A stretch of 57,671 bases of DNA, filler included, from Sphacelaria rigidula (lineage: Eukaryota), in NCBI GenBank assembly GCA_964200075.2. It is 6 parts of 6 records of this genome, joined end to end, with 100 filler letters (N's around TTAATTAATTAA, not from the genome) between each part and the next. Parts side by side here need not be neighbours in the genome. Positions count along the whole stretch, not along the records: positions 48,144 to 57,671 come from CAXNAA020008290.1; 5 more parts are not named here. One strand, written 5' to 3'. The notes under the pieces are model-generated. The model had not been told where the DNA came from and ran no database searches. It saw nothing but the letters and a program-made list of their open reading frames with translations. A program made the position numbers and the translations under genes. Of the stretch, positions 51,195 to 57,671 are shown in pieces. Position 1 is the stretch's first letter. Each line of letters starts with the position of its first letter.

Positions 51195-51969
51195 GTCTTG
51201 CTGGTTGGGCCTCATTGGTGGACATCGGAACTTCGGCTAGAACACGGCTGGGGCAGTTGTTCCTCGAGAAAACCCGTTTTCTTATTTTTGGTCGGTGAAT
51301 GCTCTCTCACGAAGAACCTCACATTGGTGCAATTCTTGAATCTGTTGACTGCGAGCGGTGATCCATTTGTGAATCGGTACCACTTTTACTTGAAAGTAGA
51401 ACGGAAATGGTGCCGATTCGTGTTTCTTTTTGGAGTCAACCTATTCCGAGTTCGTGATTCGTGCCGTACAACCTTGAATGTTCAATTTCATCATCCGTGA
51501 TTTATACCGGATAACTGGCTCTTTGGTACATTCGCACTCAATTTTCATGCGGAGTCAATCCGTATAAACTCTAATTCGTCCGAGCGGTGAAATACTGTCG
51601 ATGGCACCTCATGGTGCTCGATCGTTGGTTCATGATGATGTAGTAGTTTTCACCTGCAAAATGACTTTTTTGTGAATAATTCGTGGTCGGCGTCATCGCC
51701 TATCCCAGCGAACGGTTGATCTCAACGTTTGGGAGTCGAGAGATGTACTTGGCATTCAATCCAGATTCCGAAACAAAACTCGTCTCTGCGCTCAATTGAA
51801 TGATTTTCGAGTTGAATTGACAAAACACATTTGTTTTCCGCTCTTGTACAGCACTCAAGAGGTGAAAAAGAAATAATGAGGGTCCATTGAATCATTCATG
51901 AAAGCGATCGGATTTGTTCACCCCGGCGTGTGGTATGAAGAGCTTAGCTGGGCAATTTTCCACACGCCG

Positions 51970-52326
51970 GGCGAGTCATCACTCGTCGAAACAAGTGAAC
52001 TCCTTGACGTTTTTTAAAAGCACCACGAGCATGGCTCATGTGCTCATGCTATTATTATTTTTTCTCCAGAAGCATGACCTGCGAGCTCGAACCATTTATT
52101 TTTCCGTCACGAGCAATGACTCAAGTACTCGCCCTAATAATGCTTCCCACCACGAGAAATGGCTCTAGTACTCGCCCTAAACTTTTTCCCGCCAGGAGCG
52201 ATGACTCGAGTCGTCGAGTTTTTTCTTCCACCACGAGCTACGAGTCGTTTACTCGAGTCATATACTTCTTCACAAGGTATGACTCGTTTGCTCTACATTC
52301 ATTTTTCGATCACGAGCAATGACTCG
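51970..52326. repeat. Degenerate tandem repeat (CACGAGCAATGACTCGAGTACTCGCCC), unit about 39 bp
   Basis: Repeated cacgagc..tgactc motif. It is the reverse complement of the array at 56830-57094. Confidence 0.7.
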
Positions 52327-52534
52327 CTTGTTTGCGTCTTCCCTTGACAACCCAAGGAGAAACCATCAATCATCAAAATGGTGGACGAGTGATGCGCGAG
52401 ACATGGTCCAAGCCTGGTGAAACAATGATACAAAACGGTAATACAGTGACGAAATAAAACGATGATGAATGGAAAATTACAAAGCGTATTAACCCTTTCG
52501 GGACCGGACTCCTCACAATGGTATGATTGTGGAA

Positions 52535-52685
52535 TTCCCCCCTACAATCGTGTGTTTGTGGCAGGTGCCCATTTGTGTTGTTTTCAAGTCAAAATTGTGC
52601 CGATTCACAAAAAGATCCCTGCAGCATACGTTTGACTTGAAACCAACATGGGCACCTACTACAAACGCACGATTATGGGGGAAAG
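52535..52685. mobile_element. Palindromic MITE, related copy at 57530-57670
   Basis: aatcgtgtgtttgtggcaggtgcccat ... atgggcacctactacaaacgcacgatt. Confidence 0.65.
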
Positions 52686-55155
52686 GGCCTCTAAAGGGGA
52701 AATAGGTCCCCTTTTTCAACCATCGACCATCGCTCTGATTGAGCAGTGCAAGGGAAGTGGGGGCGCCGGCGGGCGTGGGGGGGTAAGGTCGTGGGGAGCT
52801 ACCACTACAACCCAGCGAGGAGACATAAGTACTCGCAGGCTTGTGCTAGACTCTGCAAACGCATGATGAAAACCTGCTCAATCGACGGCGTAAAACCCCT
52901 CGCTCACACCGACGATTAATATATTTGGGTCAGAGCCCATTTTACTATATATGTGTTGCAACACATGGTATCCTCGCGATCGACGGCAGCAATCGCGATG
53001 CCTGAAAACGCTAATTTACGCAAACACGCCAGACGCCTAAAAATGAAAATGCCACTTCCTCCAAGTTCACACAACGGCAGGAAAAATCTGCATGGACGAG
53101 ACAACCGTAGCTCAGTTCACCACGAAACCGTTCAGCAAAACAGTCACCAACGGACTTTTGTCGAGGTGTCTTCGTTTTAGCTTCTTCCACCCCCGATCCC
53201 GCCCCTGGTGTGTCCGACCCTGATGGATCTACATCTTCCTGGCTTCGGCCCTCGGGACCATGGATGCATCCGAGTCAAGTTCCGCCAGTAACAGATAATT
53301 ATACTTGGATTGCCCTGTGTCCAGGGCGCTTCCAATTTCAATTAATTTTGATTTGGGACGTTGCCGTCTCGGATTTCGGCGGTGAACCCAGAGTGGTCTC
53401 GGCTGGGCCCTCTATTCTTAAATGAACGTCTGCCCGTAACTTATTTTGTATTAAGACGTGGTATTTATATCCTTACGGTAGGTAGTGGAAGAACTGGTGG
53501 ATTTGTTTCAGTACCAAAACGCCCAGGTATCATGATGTAAATGCTTTGTTTTGTGTCTCGTTCGAATCACGTGTTGTATGAAAAACTACCTGTACTGCAG
53601 TATGGTTGCGTCTTTATATTCCTTGCCGAAAACTACGGTCCCCGCGCCTCGTACACAATGCAGTTCATGATAGCCAGAGCATGTCGTTGGCGTTTACTTC
53701 ATGCATATCTGTTTTTGAACTGGTACGGTATACTAGTTTGTACAGCACGGAGAATGCGGCAGTACTAGGTCGAAAACCTGGTACACCACACCTCCAAGTG
53801 CAACAACGATGGACTCGCTGGCATTTCTTCTGCGTGCTTAGAATAAAACATCATAGAACATGAGGAGCAATACCGTAACGGGCTGCCACAGGAGAGTATA
53901 ACGCTGTAGTGCACAAGCGCGCTGGCACGGTATCGGCAACACGGAAATGCTAACGCGCGCGCTGCTCGGAAATAACGCGCTCCGCCCGTGTAATTTGATT
54001 CAGAGCGTTTTATTGCATTTCAATGCAGAGGTTACCCCTTGGGTGTGGAGCCGATACTGTGTACAAACCGCGGCGTGACGCCTGCGGCGGTACTACCTGC
54101 TCACTGCACAACGGCAGGGTTCAGGGTGACAAAGCACACCGCAGAACGTCGCATCCTTAGTCTATCCCTGTCCTGCATTGATTTCGCGTTGTCCTACGCA
54201 CTTCGCCACATCATGAGTGCAGCCGTTGTATCGCAGCCAAGGTGTACCCAAGATATAAACCTCCTCGCCACGCGCTATATTACTACCTCACATGTTGTGA
54301 TCCTGTCCGTGTTGCGGCTACAGCGTGCGTTCACTCCAGGTGGTGCACGCAGGAGTGAAAGACCGCCTCCGCCGCTGTAGTGGCTGCCTGTATCTTGGGC
54401 GAAGATGTATGGTAACACAGCCGCCGCTGGCGCGCCCACATATACCGAAAGGTGGAGACCGGCGTCCAGAATTTATGGGACGACAGCACACACAGCACTC
54501 TCGACGTCGCGCAGGACACTTTCCACATCGTGTTCGTACTGTCAGTAGAAACAAATTGTCCACGGTTGGGTACATTTTCCATATATAATGCAAGGGCAGC
54601 ATCTGGGCGAATTGCAGGTGAGGCAATCGCCGAAATATTCACCTGCAAGCCGTGCTCCAGGGCACTGTAAGTTGATATCGACAGAAGGACACTACCATAA
54701 CCACCTTGCCGGCTGCCAGACTGTCACAGACTATCAGGACGTAGGATCCCCTAGCATTGCTACTGCCTGTACGGGGGTGTTGCCCATTGTCAGGTACGTT
54801 CTGGAGCATGATACTCGATGTAGATCATTCTTGTACATGGGCACCAAACGCTGGGGGTTCTTACTCAAAACTTCGATTTGGAGGATGATACTAGGTGGGC
54901 AGCAGCAACTGCTTATTGTCCAGGTCCCCCTTGGAGCAGAATACATTTGGTGTCCGTTTGACGAAGTTAACCCCCCAAAAGCGAAATCGATAGGAGTTTT
55001 AGAGTGGAAAAATCTAGCAAAAAAACTATCGCAAGAATCCGATCGCAAGAATCCTGACGCAAACAAACGATCGCAAGAACACGATCGCAAGAATCAGGTC
55101 GTAAGAACCCTGACGCAAAAAAGGAGTCGCAAAAAACCAGATAGTCAAAAGATTC

Positions 55156-56808
55156 CACACCCCGGACAATACAATATGCTTCCAATATATATTCGTCGAT
55201 CATATTGGGATTTCGCGGTATACTGCATATATAATATGTATATTAGTACCCTTGGACTGCACGCGTGTTGCGCGCCCAATATATATTGATGTCGTGGGAC
55301 TGCACACATATTGCCCGCCCAATATATATTGGTACTTTGGGTTGAACACATATTGTTCCAGCAATATATATTGGGGCAGCGTGGGCGACAGCATATTGCA
55401 CGACCAATATATACTAGGGTCGCATAGACGAGAACATATTGATCGGTCAATATATATTGGGTCTGCGTGGGTGCCAGTATATTGGTCGGTCAATATACAT
55501 CGGATATTATAAGTATGCTGTACGCTTTAACAAAGATCCAGATGCGATGGATGCTGGAGCCCGTGCAAATTGGGAGAAGCCTTCAAGGGGGCTGCAGAAT
55601 TTCGCGTGCATTACCACGGAGACTTGTCGGATGCGTTTGACATATATACATATTTATACTGGTCAGAAAATAGGTGACAGAAGAGGCGACCCGGTATATA
55701 TGCCTCCTGATACCTATCTGGTCACCGGTGCGGGGCCACCCATCCCCTTCACAGCATGTAAGTAATATACCTTGGCCAAACATCACGATGACAGAAAATA
55801 CGGGTCGATATGCGCCTTTTGGTACCCCTGCGGTCACCGGGGCTGTGTTGCTCATACCCTGGACAATACAATATGTTCCAATATGATACCAATACTTTGT
55901 ATTGGAGCCAGCTCGAAGAATGTCCTTTCAATATATGTTGTGTTCAGATGTCCTTGGAGACATTGAAGCAACAACATTTATTGCTCGTGTCATGATCATG
56001 ACGTAATGTATGGCAATATATATTGGACATGCAATTGCTCCGGGAACAAACCATTCAATATATATTGTGCATGCCGGCCATGTATGTATTGAAGTGTCAA
56101 TATATATATTGAGTCGAAGCGATGCGTAGCATATTGTTACCATAATATATATTGAACGCAAACGATGCAAAAGTATTGTTTTTCCAATATATATTGCGCA
56201 CGTTCATCGCATAGCTATTGTGCAGCCAATACATTGTGAACACGCTCGCGGAGGAATATATTGAGCATTTTCGGCATGTGGCGATACATGTTTTTAATGG
56301 CGCCCGCGAAGATAGAGTTGCTCGCTATACTAATTTCAATATACTTTCCAATATACATGTTGAAAATAAAAATATACTGCCACACCAGTATGTATTGTGA
56401 CCGTCGGTTCTCTCGTGTATTGTCCGCCCAGTATATATTGGACGCATTGACACACGACATATTGGGGCGGCAATATATATTGGCGCTTCGGGTGTTGAGT
56501 ATATTGAATTATCAATATATATATTGACCTCGTGTAGCAGCCAGTATATTACTCGACACATATATATTGGTACCTTCTCGCACCAACATATTACTCGGCC
56601 AATGTATATTGAGGTGACGCGTGTCGTGATATATTATTCGGTCGATATATATTGCACGTCGCGAGCCTTGGCATATTGATGGGACAATATATATATTGAT
56701 CTCTCTCTCGTGCCATCATATTGCTCGCCCAATATATATATTGACCACCTGGCGCGTCGACATATTGAGCGCGCAATATACACTACATATTGTATTGTCC
56801 AGGGTGTG
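55156..56808. mobile_element. Non-autonomous DNA transposon (hAT/P-like, 8-bp TSD) with CAATATATATTG palindrome arrays
   Basis: TIRs CACACCCCGGACAATACAATATG / CATATTGTATTGTCCAGGGTGTG. Perfect TSD AAAGATTC at 55148-55155 and 56809-56816. An extra internal TIR copy lies at about 55856. Confidence 0.88.
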
Positions 56809-56829
56809 AAAGATTCATACGTCGGACCA

Positions 56830-57094
56830 GCACGAGTGTGACTCGTGGCACTCGCCCTCGTTGGGCTCCTCGTTGGTCGTAAAAACGAATGGGGCGAGCA
56901 CTTGAGTCAATACTCGTTGTGAAAAAACATAATAGGGCGAGTACTCGAGTCATTGCTCGTTGGGGAAACAAATGTATTTAGGGCGAGCACTCGAGTCATT
57001 ACTCGTTGTGGAAAAAAATAATAGGGCGAGTACTCGAGTCATTGCTCGTTGGGGAAACAAATGAACAGGGCGAGCACTCGAGTCATTGCTCGTG
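56830..57094. repeat. Tandem repeat GGGCGAGTACTCGAGTCATTGCTCGT, unit about 39 bp
   Basis: Five clear copies between about 56890 and 57094. Confidence 0.8.
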
Positions 57095-57529
57095 ATGAAC
57101 GACGACAGTGGAGGAGTCAGCAATCCGATGAGCAAATAATTACAATGAATTATTTGACGATCTTGAACCAAGAATCTTCAAGTTCATATGCATATCTGCA
57201 CATATACAAGTGTCAACCGCAAACACAGGTGTTCAAGTACTTGCCTGCGCGAGTGGCAGAACTTGACGACTTGGATGTATGCATCGTTGCGGGAGCCGAA
57301 GACGAGAGAGATGTAGTTCCGTCAGGGGCGGAAACCCCAGGGGCCGGGGCGGGTGTAGAAGAAGCTAAGATATAGACACCTTGAGAAATGTCCGCTGGTG
57401 GTTATTTTCCTCAATGGTCTTGTGGTGGACGGAGCCACGGTTGTCTCGTCCAGGTATGTCTCTCACCTCCATTTTTCTTCCAGAGCAATGATCGATTTGA
57501 AAAGGGTACGTATTCCGCTTGAGACCCAT

Positions 57530-57670
57530 TTCCCCACGATCGTGTGTTTGCGGTAGGTGTCCATTTGTGTAATTTGTTTTCGTGAAAATGATGCTGCAGG
57601 GGCTTTATTGATCATTTCACTCAAGAATAACACAAATGGACCCCTGCCGCAAACACACGATGGTGGGGAA
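57530..57670. mobile_element. Palindromic MITE, same family as 52535-52685
   Basis: ttccccacgatcgtgtgtttgcgg ... ccgcaaacacacgatggtggggaa. Confidence 0.65.
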
Positions 57671-57671
57671 G

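Noticed and set aside
54588..55289. 233-aa ORF
   Set aside because: It runs through a TCGCAAGAA repeat tract and across a transposon junction, with no recognisable domain.
55180..56790. True CRISPR array
   Set aside because: The repeat is only about 12 bp and degenerate, spacing is irregular, there are no cas genes, the context is eukaryotic, and the array is bounded by TIRs and a TSD.
1..57671. Multi-gene cluster linking AAPT, WD40 and SFT2 (lipid/membrane traffic)
   Set aside because: SFT2 is on a different, artificially concatenated contig. Only the WD40-AAPT adjacency is real.

Overview
This is eukaryotic, intron-rich, transposon-dense DNA. It is most consistent with a brown alga (Phaeophyceae), inferred from the long GT-AG introns, the SINE/LINE/Ty3 types and the TTAGGG-type repeats. 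The window is not one locus. It is six contigs of near-identical length (9529, 9529, 9529, 9528, 9528, 9528 bp) joined by artificial 100-nt N-TTAATTAATTAA-N spacers, so adjacency across the gaps has no biological meaning. Three partial spliced host genes can be supported. A WD40-repeat gene (3 exons, - strand) lies head-to-head with a CDP-alcohol (choline/ethanolamine) phosphotransferase gene (2 exons, + strand), and there is one exon of an SFT2-like vesicle transport gene. The rest is mostly mobile DNA: a LINE remnant, tRNA-derived SINEs, an internally deleted Ty3/gypsy LTR element, and many non-autonomous TIR or foldback elements. The most unusual items are a 1.65-kb TIR element with a perfect 8-bp TSD carrying a CRISPR-looking array of CAATATATATTG palindromes, and a MITE family carrying variable-length (CCCTAA)n telomeric repeats. 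I found no convincing novel protein-coding system, and most ORFs in the track are spurious.
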